Below are positions 9,386-19,359 of a stretch of DNA of 64,000 nt, piece after piece. Source of the stretch: Gemmatimonadota bacterium (GTDB taxonomy: Bacteria; Gemmatimonadota; Gemmatimonadetes; Gemmatimonadales; GWC2-71-9). The notes below the pieces were generated by a model. That model searched no databases. It was not told the origin of the DNA and worked only from the letters and a program-made list of their open reading frames with translations. The stretch lies in assembly GCA_039588295.1 (NCBI GenBank), contig JBDHAB010000009.1, positions 22,603 through 86,602 of the forward strand, given 5' to 3'. The stretch's first letter is position 1. Each line of letters begins with the position of its first letter. A program made the position numbers and the translations under genes.

Positions 9386-12049
9386 ATGCCCGAAGTCTCA
9401 TTCACGCTGAACGGCCGCGCCATCACGGTGAGCTACGAGGAAGGAATGCACTTCCTCGAAGTTCTTCGTGACCGATGCGGCGTCACCTCCCCCAAGGACG
9501 GGTGTGCACCGCAGGGCTACTGCGGTTGCTGCACCATCCTCGTGAATGGACGTCCGGTGCTGGCCTGTCTTCGCAAGCCGGAGCAGATGGCAGGGAAGGA
9601 CGTCACGACGCTCGAGGGACTCTCGGAGGCGAAACGGTGGGTACTGTCCGATGCCTTTGTGCACGAAGGCGCCATTCAGTGCGGCTACTGCATCCCCGGC
9701 ATCGTTGCGCGAGCGTCGGCGCTGCTCGACGACGGGCGGGCCTGCGATGCGGTCGAGGTTCGGAAAGCACTCAGCGGCCACCTGTGTCGCTGTACTGGCT
9801 ACGCCCGCATCGTCGACGCCGTGCAAACGGCGGGTGAGGCTTGGAGCGGCGGTAGGGGTGCCGACACCGCGGAGCCACGGAGACCACATTTCTTTGGAGA
9901 ACAATTCGGCGCGAAGCGATCGTCGGAACTCGGCAATCTCGCGGGGATCGGAAGGTCGCTGGTGCGGTACCGCGGGGTCGACCATGCGATGGGCGACAAG
10001 GCGTATGTCGCCGATATGCAGGTGGACGGGATGCTACACGGCGCGGTCGTACTGAGTGAACATCCTCGGGCCACGGTGACGAGCATCGAGGTGAGCGCCG
10101 CGCTTCAGCTGCCAGGGGTCGTACGCGTCATCACAGCCGAAGACGTGCCCGGTGCCCGCATGGTTGGACTCATCGTCCACGACTGGCCCGTCTTCGTGGC
10201 GATCGGCGAGACAACCCGTTGCGTGGGCGATGTGCTCGCCCTCGTGGTCGCCGACACGCAGTTCCACGCGCGCCGCGCCGCGGGGGCCGTACAAGTCGGC
10301 TACGATGTGCTCGAACCTGTCACGGATCCCGTCACGGCCCTCGAGCCGGACGCCCCGGCAATTCACGAAGCCGGCAATCTGCTCGAGACATCGGCTTTTC
10401 AACGCGGTGACGTGGCAGCCGCACTGGCGGCGTCGGTACATGTTGTCGAGCAGACCTTCGCGACGCAGCGTGTCGAGCACGCGTTTCTCGAACCGGAAGC
10501 ATGCCTCGCTGTCCCCGACGAGGACCACCTCAAGGTCTACTCGCAGGGGCAGGGCGTGCATGACGACCAGGAGCAGATTGCGGCGATTCTCGGAGTCGAA
10601 CGTGGCACCATCGAAGTCGAGTTGGTCGCGAACGGCGGTGCCTTTGGAGGGAAGGAGGACCTATCGGTCCAGGGCCACACGGCGCTCGCCGCACGACTCC
10701 TCGGCCGCCCGGTTAAGACGGTTCTCACGCGGGAGGAGTCGATCAGGATTCACCCGAAACGGCATCCCATTACCCTCCATTACACCGTGGGCGCTGATGC
10801 GGAGGGGCACCTCACAGCGGTCCGGGCGCGCATGCTCGGCGACACGGGCGCCTATGCCTCCGTCGGCATGAAGGTGCTGGAGCGGGCAGCCGGTCACTCG
10901 TGCGGGCCCTATCGTGTCCCCAACGTCGACATCGAGGCCAAGACCGTCTACACCAACAATCCCCCCTGTGGGGCGATGCGTGGCTTCGGAGCGAACCAGG
11001 CAGCGTTCGCCATCGAGGGCATGATGGACCTCATCGCGGAGCGCGTGGGGGTAGACGGGTACGACATCAGAGAACGGAATATCCTGGCGCCCGGTGACCG
11101 ATTCGCCACTGGGCAAGTCATGACGCGGAGCTGTGGAATTCGACAGACGCTCGAGGCCGTCAAGCATGTTTATAAGAAGGCGAAGTACGTCGGCATCGCA
11201 TGCGGCATCAAGAATACCGGTATCGGCAACGGGCAGGAGGACAACGGACGCGTCGTCATTCAGATACTGAACGACGGTGAGATCGAGATTCGGACGGGGT
11301 ATACCGACATGGGACAGGGGCTGTTCACCGTCCTGCGTCAGGTTGTGAGCGAGGAAACCGGACTCGACACCGCGATTATGCGGGTCCGCACGGTGAGCTA
11401 CGACGACGTGGTGTGCGGAATGACCACCGCGTCGCGGGCGACGGCGCTCGGAACAGCGGCTGGGCAGATCGCCGCTCAGAAACTGGCGGCGGATCTAAAG
11501 TCACGTTCGCTCGCACAGCTGGTCGGGCAAGAGTACATTGGCGAATACATTTGTGACTTCACGACCAAGCCCGGCGTTGAGGCCGTGGATCCCAAGACGC
11601 ACCTCACGTTTGGCTACGCGACTCAGGTCGTGATGCTCGATGACGACGGACTGATACAGCGTGTCGTTGCCGCACACGACGTGGGGCGGGCGATCAACCC
11701 GCTGCAGTGCACCGGCCAGATCGAGGGATCCGTGCACATGGGTCTGGGCTATGCGCTGTCGGAGGACCTCCCGTGCTGTGCGGGACGTCCGGATTCCTTG
11801 TTGCTTCGCGATCTGGGGATCGTGAAGGCCAAGGACACTCCTGAGATCGATGTCATCCTGGTGGAAGTTCCCGATGAGATCGGTGGCTATGGTTCCAAGG
11901 GCGTGGGGGAGATCGGTCTCGTGCCGACCGCCGGTGCCGTTGCGGCCGCTCTCCACTCGTATGACGGTGTTCGGCGGTTCCGCCTGCCGATGAGCGACGC
12001 GCCGGCTGCCGTCGCGTCGGTGCCCAAGAGCCGGCGGCGGCCCGCGTGA
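9386..12049 (+). CDS. xdh: Selenium-dependent xanthine dehydrogenase-type molybdenum hydroxylase (fused 2x[2Fe-2S] + Mo-cofactor domains)
   Basis: GCAPQGYCGCC, QCGYCIPG and CRCTGY Fe-S motifs; GGAFGGKED, AMRGFG, TTASR and KGVGEIG Mo-domain motifs; followed by ygfK-, ssnA- and ygeY-like genes. Confidence 0.88.
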   Translation: MPEVSFTLNGRAITVSYEEGMHFLEVLRDRCGVTSPKDGCAPQGYCGCCTILVNGRPVLACLRKPEQMAGKDVTTLEGLSEAKRWVLSDAFVHEGAIQCGYCIPGIVARASALLDDGRACDAVEVRKALSGHLCRCTGYARIVDAVQTAGEAWSGGRGADTAEPRRPHFFGEQFGAKRSSELGNLAGIGRSLVRYRGVDHAMGDKAYVADMQVDGMLHGAVVLSEHPRATVTSIEVSAALQLPGVVRVITAEDVPGARMVGLIVHDWPVFVAIGETTRCVGDVLALVVADTQFHARRAAGAVQVGYDVLEPVTDPVTALEPDAPAIHEAGNLLETSAFQRGDVAAALAASVHVVEQTFATQRVEHAFLEPEACLAVPDEDHLKVYSQGQGVHDDQEQIAAILGVERGTIEVELVANGGAFGGKEDLSVQGHTALAARLLGRPVKTVLTREESIRIHPKRHPITLHYTVGADAEGHLTAVRARMLGDTGAYASVGMKVLERAAGHSCGPYRVPNVDIEAKTVYTNNPPCGAMRGFGANQAAFAIEGMMDLIAERVGVDGYDIRERNILAPGDRFATGQVMTRSCGIRQTLEAVKHVYKKAKYVGIACGIKNTGIGNGQEDNGRVVIQILNDGEIEIRTGYTDMGQGLFTVLRQVVSEETGLDTAIMRVRTVSYDDVVCGMTTASRATALGTAAGQIAAQKLAADLKSRSLAQLVGQEYIGEYICDFTTKPGVEAVDPKTHLTFGYATQVVMLDDDGLIQRVVAAHDVGRAINPLQCTGQIEGSVHMGLGYALSEDLPCCAGRPDSLLLRDLGIVKAKDTPEIDVILVEVPDEIGGYGSKGVGEIGLVPTAGAVAAALHSYDGVRRFRLPMSDAPAAVASVPKSRRRPA

Positions 12050-12094
12050 CGGGTCACGGCCGCGCACTGTGGTAGGCTCACGGGAGGTGGCGCC

Positions 12095-14218
12095 ATAGCC
12101 GAGTTGGTCCCGATCCCGTTCGCCGATCTGGTGCGTCGCATGCGCCGAGAGGTCGAGGTACGCCAGACCATCTTCGATCTGCCAGTTCGCAAGTGGTTCC
12201 ATCCGGATCCCGATCTCGATTTCAGCGCCACCCACTTCGATCGCCGAGCGGCGACACCGGTTGGTCCGGCGGCTGGACCGCACACCCAACTCGCCCAGAA
12301 CATCGTGCTCGCCTGGCTCGCCGGCAGCCGTATCATCGAACTCAAGACGGTGCAGGTGAACGATCGTCTCGCAATACCTCGCCCGTGCATCCACGTCCCG
12401 AACGTCGGGTTCAACGTGGAGTGGTCGCAGGAACTGCGGGTGGGGCAATCGGCCATGGAGTACGCGAAGGCAGCGTACCTGATCGCGGTCCTCAAGGCGA
12501 CTCACGCGTTCGGCGGGTTTGAGGATGGTGGAGAGGCGGATTTCGACACGGTCTTCGACATCAGTGTCGGATACGATCTCGAGGGCATTCGCTCGGAACC
12601 GGTTTCAGGGTTTCTCGACGCGCTGCGACACCCCGAGCCGTTGTTCGACGAGCTGCGCGAGCAACTGCCGAGCGACCTCGCCCAATTCCGCGACGTGTCA
12701 CTCCCGAGCCCGATCTCGGACTGTGTTACGCTCTCCACCTTCCACGGCTGCCCTGCGGATCAGATTCAAGCGATTGCGGAACATCTGCTGGAGGACCGAG
12801 GGCTCCACACCATCATCAAGCTCAACCCCACGCTCTTGGGCTTCGATGCCGTGCGAGACCTGCTGTACGATCGACTCGGATACCTCCACCTGGAGTTACA
12901 GCGGGAGGCGTTCGAAAACGATCTGGCTTATGAGGACGGTCTCACCATTCTGCGAAACCTCCGCGTGCTGGCCGACCGGCGCGGTTCGATGATCGGCGCC
13001 AAGTTCACCAACACCTTGGTGGTGGCAAACAAGAGCGAGTTCTTCCCGACCCAGTCGGATCCGTACATGTACCTGTCGGGGCCGCCGCTCCATGTGATCT
13101 CCATGAATCTCATGCAACGGTTCCGAGAAGACCTCGGCTTCGAGTTCCCGGTTTCGTTCTCCGCGGGGGTCGATGCGAAGAACTTCTCCGAGACCGTTGC
13201 GTGCGGTATGGTGCCGGTGACCACCTGCACCGACCTGCTTCGGCAAGGTGGCTACGGGAGACTGCCGGCATACCTGCGATCGCTGGCGCGCGCGATGCGT
13301 CGAGTTGGCGTCACGACTCGGGAGGCGTTCGTGCTGGCCGCCCACGGCCACGGAGCTGCTGCGGCAAAGACCGCGTTCGCAGCCGCCCCCGATGACGGCG
13401 CCATCTGGGAGCGGGAAGGGAGGGGAATTGGTGACACCGCCAAGCGGCAGCCCAATGAGCTTCCCCGACTGCTGAGGGAGCGTGCCGCGACGGCGGGAAT
13501 CGACGGTGACGAGCTTGTGCTTGCGGCCACCCGGGTCGCTGGCCGTCTGAACGGGCAGGCAATCGTGCCCGACTTGGCCAATGATCCGCGCTACGGTGTG
13601 AACGCGAACGCCAAAACGCCGCGTCGGGTCGACGGCACGCTGGGGCTCTACGACTGCATCAACTGCGACCTGTGCATTGCGGCCTGCCCCAACGACGCAA
13701 TCTTCGCCTATGAGGTGGAACCGCTCGACGTGCCTACCGAGCGATTCGCCGGGTCCGGAGCCAACCTCGAGCGAACCATTGGCCAGGGCTTCGCCATTCA
13801 GGAGCGTCATCAGCTGGCCGTGGTGGAGGGAGGATGCAACGAGTGCTCGAACTGCGAGGTCTACTGTCCGGAGGACGGGGCACCCTTCGTGGTCAAGGAG
13901 CGCGTGTTCTTTACGGTCGTCGATTTTGAGCGCTGTCATCACCTGGATGGGTTCTGTCGTGACGGCGATGTGCTCCACGCCCGCCTCGGCGGGACAGCAA
14001 TGCAACTGCTACCAAGCGCAAACGAGGGTCGTGCGACGCTGACGGGTCCCGGGTTCCGGTTCGACGTGTCGTGGCCGGGACTCGGAGTCACATCCGGCGA
14101 GATTACCGACTCGGGCCGGACGTTTGACACGGCGCTTCTCTACCGCATGCGCATGGCGTGGCAGTCCATCTTTGCGTCGCGCGCGCCCAACGCGGTGAAT
14201 CCGGCGGGGCATCCATGA
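12095..14218 (+). CDS. ygfK: YgfK-like oxidoreductase (DPD/DHODH-like N-terminal domain + 2x[4Fe-4S]), short form
   Basis: PIPF N-terminus, GPAAGPHTQLAQNI, FNVEWSQEL, STFHGCP, KLNPTLLG and MYLSG; ferredoxin motifs CINCDLCIAACP and CNECSNCEVYCP. Start is probably ATA at 12095, with TTG at 12104 as the alternative. Confidence 0.8.
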   Translation: MAELVPIPFADLVRRMRREVEVRQTIFDLPVRKWFHPDPDLDFSATHFDRRAATPVGPAAGPHTQLAQNIVLAWLAGSRIIELKTVQVNDRLAIPRPCIHVPNVGFNVEWSQELRVGQSAMEYAKAAYLIAVLKATHAFGGFEDGGEADFDTVFDISVGYDLEGIRSEPVSGFLDALRHPEPLFDELREQLPSDLAQFRDVSLPSPISDCVTLSTFHGCPADQIQAIAEHLLEDRGLHTIIKLNPTLLGFDAVRDLLYDRLGYLHLELQREAFENDLAYEDGLTILRNLRVLADRRGSMIGAKFTNTLVVANKSEFFPTQSDPYMYLSGPPLHVISMNLMQRFREDLGFEFPVSFSAGVDAKNFSETVACGMVPVTTCTDLLRQGGYGRLPAYLRSLARAMRRVGVTTREAFVLAAHGHGAAAAKTAFAAAPDDGAIWEREGRGIGDTAKRQPNELPRLLRERAATAGIDGDELVLAATRVAGRLNGQAIVPDLANDPRYGVNANAKTPRRVDGTLGLYDCINCDLCIAACPNDAIFAYEVEPLDVPTERFAGSGANLERTIGQGFAIQERHQLAVVEGGCNECSNCEVYCPEDGAPFVVKERVFFTVVDFERCHHLDGFCRDGDVLHARLGGTAMQLLPSANEGRATLTGPGFRFDVSWPGLGVTSGEITDSGRTFDTALLYRMRMAWQSIFASRAPNAVNPAGHP

Positions 14219-15591
14219 GCGACACGGTACTCCTCGGAAACGGCTTCGTCCTCTCCGGCGCGGTCACCCCGGACCCGTTCGTGCCCGACGTAGTTCCCGG
14301 AGGCGCGGTGGCTTGGAGCGGCGATCGCATCCAGGCCGTCGGGGCGGAGGCGGACCTCCGACGTCAGTTCCCCGAGGCTCGCTACCTCGACGCTCGCGGA
14401 GGGGTCGTGCTTCCCGGACTCGTCAACTTGCACCACCACTTCTACTCGGCCATGGCGCGTGGTCTCGATCCGCGGGCTCCCGTGAGAAACTTCGCAGAGG
14501 TTCTCGACCGGCTCTGGTGGCGACTGGATCGTGCGCTCGACGCCGAGACCGTGCGTGTGTCGGCCGAGCTCGCACTTGCCGACTGTATTCGATCAGGATG
14601 TACGACGGTATTCGATCACCATGCGTCGCCCAATACCATCACAGGAAGTCTCGACTCCATTGCGCGGGTGATCGAAACGTGCGGCCTATCGGCAGTCCTG
14701 TGTTACGAGGTGACGGATCGAAACGGCCGTGACGGAGCGGTCGCCGGTATTGAAGAGAATCTCGAGTTCATTGCCTCGCGGCGCGGCGACCCCAGGATTC
14801 GTGGAACGCTCGGCCTCCACGCGAGCTTCACGCTCCGAGAGGAGACTCTCGCCGAAGTGGCGAGGCGGAGGCCGACTGACTGTGGCTGCCACATCCATCT
14901 CGCAGAGGATCCTCTGGACGTCGTCGAGTCCCGTGAGCGGTTTGGCGTTGGCCCGACGCAACGTCTCGAGGCTAACGGACTCCTTGATGCACGAAGCCTG
15001 CTGGCGCATGGCATCCACCTCGAAGAGAGCGACTATGAGATGATCGCTCGAAACGATGCGGTCATCATTCACAATCCGGAGTCCAACGCCAATAATGGAG
15101 TCGGATACCTGGACGTGATCCGGACTGCCCGCGGAGGATGTCTGATGGGGCTCGGCACCGACGGGATGTCAGGGTCGATGTTACGCGCGTTGCGGATGAG
15201 TTTCCTGATTCACCGGCATGTGCGCCGGGATCCCGCGGCGGGGTTCGACGGCTTGCCCCAGCTATTGGCCAACAATGTGCGAGTCGCGCGTCGGTTCTTC
15301 GATGAACCGAGGCTTGGTGAACTCACGCCCGATGCCCCCGCGGATGTCATCGTGGTCGACGCGCCACCGCCGACGAGTCTCGACGGCGCCAACGCGTTTG
15401 CTCACACGGTATACGGGCTGAGTGAGGCTCCCGTGCGGCACACGGTGGCCCGCGGACATGTGCTGCTCGAGGATTTCCGTCACACAACGATGGACATCGA
15501 GGACCTGGCCGCCCGTGCCCGCCATCTCGCCCCAGTGCTCTGGGAACGCTTTCATGCACTCCCGTGGGGCACTACGTTTCTCGGAGACTGA
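14215..15591 (+). CDS. ssnA: SsnA-like amidohydrolase
   Basis: PGLVNLHHHFYS, DHHASP, GLHASFT, HIHLAE, HNPESN and GLGTDG. ATGA overlap with the upstream gene. Confidence 0.85.
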   Translation: MSDTVLLGNGFVLSGAVTPDPFVPDVVPGGAVAWSGDRIQAVGAEADLRRQFPEARYLDARGGVVLPGLVNLHHHFYSAMARGLDPRAPVRNFAEVLDRLWWRLDRALDAETVRVSAELALADCIRSGCTTVFDHHASPNTITGSLDSIARVIETCGLSAVLCYEVTDRNGRDGAVAGIEENLEFIASRRGDPRIRGTLGLHASFTLREETLAEVARRRPTDCGCHIHLAEDPLDVVESRERFGVGPTQRLEANGLLDARSLLAHGIHLEESDYEMIARNDAVIIHNPESNANNGVGYLDVIRTARGGCLMGLGTDGMSGSMLRALRMSFLIHRHVRRDPAAGFDGLPQLLANNVRVARRFFDEPRLGELTPDAPADVIVVDAPPPTSLDGANAFAHTVYGLSEAPVRHTVARGHVLLEDFRHTTMDIEDLAARARHLAPVLWERFHALPWGTTFLGD

Positions 15592-15610
15592 GATCAAGAT
15601 CGGTGGTGGT

Positions 15611-17095
15611 ATGACAGACGATCGGGAAAGTATTCGCCGGCGGGCGGTGGAGACGTGTCGAGCACGGCGGATTCTCATTCCTACCTTTGCCGAGCTTCGC
15701 GATCCGGGCACGATTGACCCAGCAGTGGTGAGTGCGCTGCAAGCGGTCGATATGCAGGCCGTGGATCCGCTGAATCTCTTCCGCATTACCTGGCACAACG
15801 ATCCGGCCACGGGTGGCTTCGGTCCCGTGAACGCCCTGGTGTTTCCCAGTGAGCTCACCGGCGTCCGGGCCCGCATCGTGGGCTTGGTCGGCGAGTTCTT
15901 CCCCACGCGGGCGCACAAAGTCGGAGCGGCGTTCGGCTGCCTGGTCCCCAGGTTGGTGACCGGAGCGTTCGATCCGACCAAGCATCGGGCGGTGTGGCCG
16001 TCGACGGGCAACTATTGTCGGGGTGGAGCATTCGACAGCGCTCTGCTCGGGTGCCATGCCGTAGCTATTCTGCCGGAGGGAATGAGTCGAGAGCGCTTCG
16101 AGTGGCTCGAGGAGATCGGTGCCGAGATTATCGCCACACCCGGATGCGAGAGCAACGTCAAAGAGATCTTCGACGCCTGCTGGGAAATCCGGAAGACTCG
16201 ACCGGAGTGTGTCATCTTCAATCAGTTCGAAGAGTTCGGGAACTACCAGTGGCATTACGGTGTGACCGGGCTGGCTGCCGAGTCGGTCTTCCAGCGATTG
16301 GCGACCCCAAACGACCGACTCGCTGCGTGGGTTGGCGCCACCGGATCGGCGGGAACGCTTGCGGCCGGTGATTACCTGAAGCATCGGCACCCGGGACTAC
16401 GGATAACGGCGGCAGAGGCGCTGCAGTGCCCGACGCTCCTCTACAACGGGTTTGGCGGGCACCGCATTGAAGGCATTGGTGACAAACATGTGCCGTGGAT
16501 TCACAACGTGCGCAACACGGACGTCGTCACGGCTGTCGACGATGAAGCCACGATGAGGCTCATGCGTTTGTTCAACGATCCCGTAGGGCAGAGCCACCTC
16601 CGTACCGCGGGTGTGCCGGCCGACGTCGTCACGCAGCTGCCGCTGCTCGGAATCTCGAGCATCTGTAACCTCCTGGCCGCCGTGAAGACGGCGAAGTATT
16701 TCGAGTTTGACGCACACGACGTGCTCATGACGTCGCTTACCGATTCCGTCGGCCTGTATCGAACACGTTTGACGGAACTGGAACACGCCGCCGGTCCGTA
16801 CACGGAAGTTGGCGCCGCGGGCGACTTTGGCCGCCATCTCCTTGGCGCGGCCGTCGACCATCTGAAGGAACTGCGCTACGTCGAGCGCAAGGCGATTCAC
16901 AATCTCAAATACTTTACCTGGGTCGAACAGCAGGGAAAGACGGTCGAGGAACTCGACGCCCTGTGGGCTCCGGCGTTTTGGGAGGAACTGGTAGAGCAAC
17001 TCCCCGAGTGGGACGAGCGGATTGCGACGTTCAACCGTGACACGGGCGTGCTCGAGATGTTGCGGTCCGAGCACACCGCCGGGCAGGCGACATGA
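15611..17095 (+). CDS. Fold-type II PLP-dependent enzyme (cysteine synthase/TrpB superfamily), function unknown
   Basis: HKVGAAFGC (PLP lysine), WPSTGNY, TGSAGT and HRIEGIG motifs. Confidence 0.85.
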   Translation: MTDDRESIRRRAVETCRARRILIPTFAELRDPGTIDPAVVSALQAVDMQAVDPLNLFRITWHNDPATGGFGPVNALVFPSELTGVRARIVGLVGEFFPTRAHKVGAAFGCLVPRLVTGAFDPTKHRAVWPSTGNYCRGGAFDSALLGCHAVAILPEGMSRERFEWLEEIGAEIIATPGCESNVKEIFDACWEIRKTRPECVIFNQFEEFGNYQWHYGVTGLAAESVFQRLATPNDRLAAWVGATGSAGTLAAGDYLKHRHPGLRITAAEALQCPTLLYNGFGGHRIEGIGDKHVPWIHNVRNTDVVTAVDDEATMRLMRLFNDPVGQSHLRTAGVPADVVTQLPLLGISSICNLLAAVKTAKYFEFDAHDVLMTSLTDSVGLYRTRLTELEHAAGPYTEVGAAGDFGRHLLGAAVDHLKELRYVERKAIHNLKYFTWVEQQGKTVEELDALWAPAFWEELVEQLPEWDERIATFNRDTGVLEMLRSEHTAGQAT

Positions 17096-17105
17096 GTGGA
17101 CCGGC

Positions 17106-18359
17106 ATGGAGCGCGCTGAGGACATGACGACCGTTGGTGGTGACGCGACAGCGGCCGCGCGCAGGTATGAAGACGACATCGTCGCGTTTCTGCGCGACAT
17201 GATTGCGATCCCGGCCGAGAGCCTTCGGGAGGGCGCGCGCTGCGAGCGCGTCCGTGCCGAGTATGAGCGGCTGGAGCTGGATGAAGTCTTCTTTGACAAG
17301 CTGGGCAATGTCGTAGCGACGGTCGGCACGGGACCGCTCAAGATCCTCATGGACGGTCACATCGACTGTGTGGGTGTCGGCGACCCCAACGCCTGGACCT
17401 ACGATCCGTTTCAAGGAAAGCATGAGGGCGGCAAGGTCTACGGCCGTGGCGCGGTTGATGAGCTTCCCGCCGTCGCCTGCATGGCGTACGCCGCGAGGCT
17501 TCTGAAGGATCGCGGTGTACCGGAGGAGGTCACGTTGTACCTCACCGCCAGCGTCATGGAGGAGGACTGCGACGGGTACTGTCTGCTTCATCTGGTCGAG
17601 ACCGAGGGTATCCGACCGGACGTTGTGGTTTTGGGGGAGCCAACCGACCTCAACGTGTATCGGGGCCACCGTGGTCGGGTAGAGCTTGCCGTTACGACTC
17701 GAGGTGTGTCCGCCCATGCTGCACATAGCGAGCGTGGGGTGAATGCGCTGTACAAGGTCGCACCGATCATCACGGATATTGAAGCGTTGAACGAGCGCCT
17801 GCCGGAAGATGTGTTCCTCGGAAAAGGCTCGATTGTCGTCTCGTTCATCGAGTGCACGACGCCATCGCTGAACGCCGTTCCCGACAGCGCAAAGATCTAC
17901 TTGGATCGGCGTATGACCGCCGGAGAGACGGTGGAGAGCGTGATGGCGGAGCTCCACGCGCTGCCACACCTAGGTGATGCGACCGTCGAGGTGCTCGAAT
18001 ACGATGCCACGAGCTGGCGCGGGGCCCAGGCGCGGCAGGAGAAGTTCTACCCGACGTGGGTGCTGCCGGAGGAGCATCCCCTGGTGCAGGGTGTGAGTGA
18101 AGCAGCCGGTGCCGTGTTGGGCCGCCCACCCGCGATCTCGCGATGGTCGTTCTCCACCAATGGCGTTGCCAGCATGGGGCGACTCCGCATTCCCACGGTG
18201 GGGTTCGCTCCGGGCCTCGAGGAGCTGGCACACACGACCGATGAATGGGTACTCGTCGACGATCTCGTTCGGGCGACGGCGGTCTACAGTCTCATTCCCG
18301 GCTTTCTGGCCGAGAAGAGGGAAGCCCTCGTTGACGCTCGCATCGTGACCGAGGGTTGA
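17106..18359 (+). CDS. ygeY: YgeY-family M20 metallo-hydrolase
   Basis: DGHID, GRGAVD, MEEDCDG, GEPT...GHRGR, WSFSTNG and EELAH. Start is 17106 or 17124. Confidence 0.85.
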   Translation: MERAEDMTTVGGDATAAARRYEDDIVAFLRDMIAIPAESLREGARCERVRAEYERLELDEVFFDKLGNVVATVGTGPLKILMDGHIDCVGVGDPNAWTYDPFQGKHEGGKVYGRGAVDELPAVACMAYAARLLKDRGVPEEVTLYLTASVMEEDCDGYCLLHLVETEGIRPDVVVLGEPTDLNVYRGHRGRVELAVTTRGVSAHAAHSERGVNALYKVAPIITDIEALNERLPEDVFLGKGSIVVSFIECTTPSLNAVPDSAKIYLDRRMTAGETVESVMAELHALPHLGDATVEVLEYDATSWRGAQARQEKFYPTWVLPEEHPLVQGVSEAAGAVLGRPPAISRWSFSTNGVASMGRLRIPTVGFAPGLEELAHTTDEWVLVDDLVRATAVYSLIPGFLAEKREALVDARIVTEG

Positions 18360-18362
18360 GTG

Positions 18363-19337
18363 ATGGCCGGAGAGCTCAAGGGCCGAAACTTCATATCGAC
18401 GCAAGACTGGACGACCGACGAACTCGAAACGTTGTTCGAGCTGGCGGTGGACCTCAAGGCCGCCAAAGCAGACGGTCGAGCAACGGCGCTCCTTTTGGCC
18501 AAGACTCTGTACATGATCTTCTTCGATGCCTCGACCCGCACGCGGAATTCCTTCGAGACGGGAATGACGCAACTCGGCGGCCACGCCATTTATCTTTCCC
18601 CGGACAAGATGCAAATCAGCCATGGAGAGAACGCGAGAGACACGGCGAAAGTGCTGTCGCGGTACGGGGATGGCATTGCAATTCGGCACTGTGCCTACGG
18701 CGAGGGGAACGGCTATCTGAACGAGGTGGCACGGCATGCCGAGATCCCGGTCATGAACATGCAGTGCGACGTGTATCATCCGTGCCAGATCTTGGCGGAC
18801 TATCTGACTATGCGAGAGAAGTTCGGGGATACGCGCGGTCTCAAGCTCGGTGTCGCCTGGACGAGCGCGCCGAACTACGTGCGGCCGCTGTCGGTACCCC
18901 AAAGTCTGATCCTCCTCATGCCACGCTTCGGCATCGACGTGACCCTGGCGTATCCCCCAGAGTTCAAGTTGCTGCCAAAGATCGAGGATCAGGCGAAGGC
19001 GAACGCCCAAGAGTCGGGAACTCAATTCGAGATCAGCCACGAGTTCGAGGACGCTTTTCGCGACGCAGATGCGGTCATTCCGAAGTCGTGGGGGCCGCTG
19101 GTCACCACGGAGGACGTTCCCGAGGGCCTCGAGCTCATCGAGCGTTACCCCCGGTGGCGGTGCGACAGTACACACATGGCCCTCGGCAAACCCCACATGA
19201 TCTACATGCACCCGCTCCCCGCCGATCGCGGTCGTGAAGTGACCGATGAAGTAATCGATGGTCCCCAATCGGTCGTCTACGACCAGGCCGAGAACCGACT
19301 GCACGTACAGAAGGCACTGATGGCGCTCACGATGTAG
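18363..19337 (+). CDS. Carbamoyltransferase, YgeW/knotted-transcarbamylase-like (OTCase superfamily)
   Basis: STRTRNSFE, HPCQ, MHPLP and QAENRLH, plus a Pro-rich loop YVRPLSVPQS resembling the PLSVPQ loop of YgeW. Confidence 0.82.
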   Translation: MAGELKGRNFISTQDWTTDELETLFELAVDLKAAKADGRATALLLAKTLYMIFFDASTRTRNSFETGMTQLGGHAIYLSPDKMQISHGENARDTAKVLSRYGDGIAIRHCAYGEGNGYLNEVARHAEIPVMNMQCDVYHPCQILADYLTMREKFGDTRGLKLGVAWTSAPNYVRPLSVPQSLILLMPRFGIDVTLAYPPEFKLLPKIEDQAKANAQESGTQFEISHEFEDAFRDADAVIPKSWGPLVTTEDVPEGLELIERYPRWRCDSTHMALGKPHMIYMHPLPADRGREVTDEVIDGPQSVVYDQAENRLHVQKALMALTM

Positions 19338-19359
19338 CGCGCCATCCAAAGACATCAAC

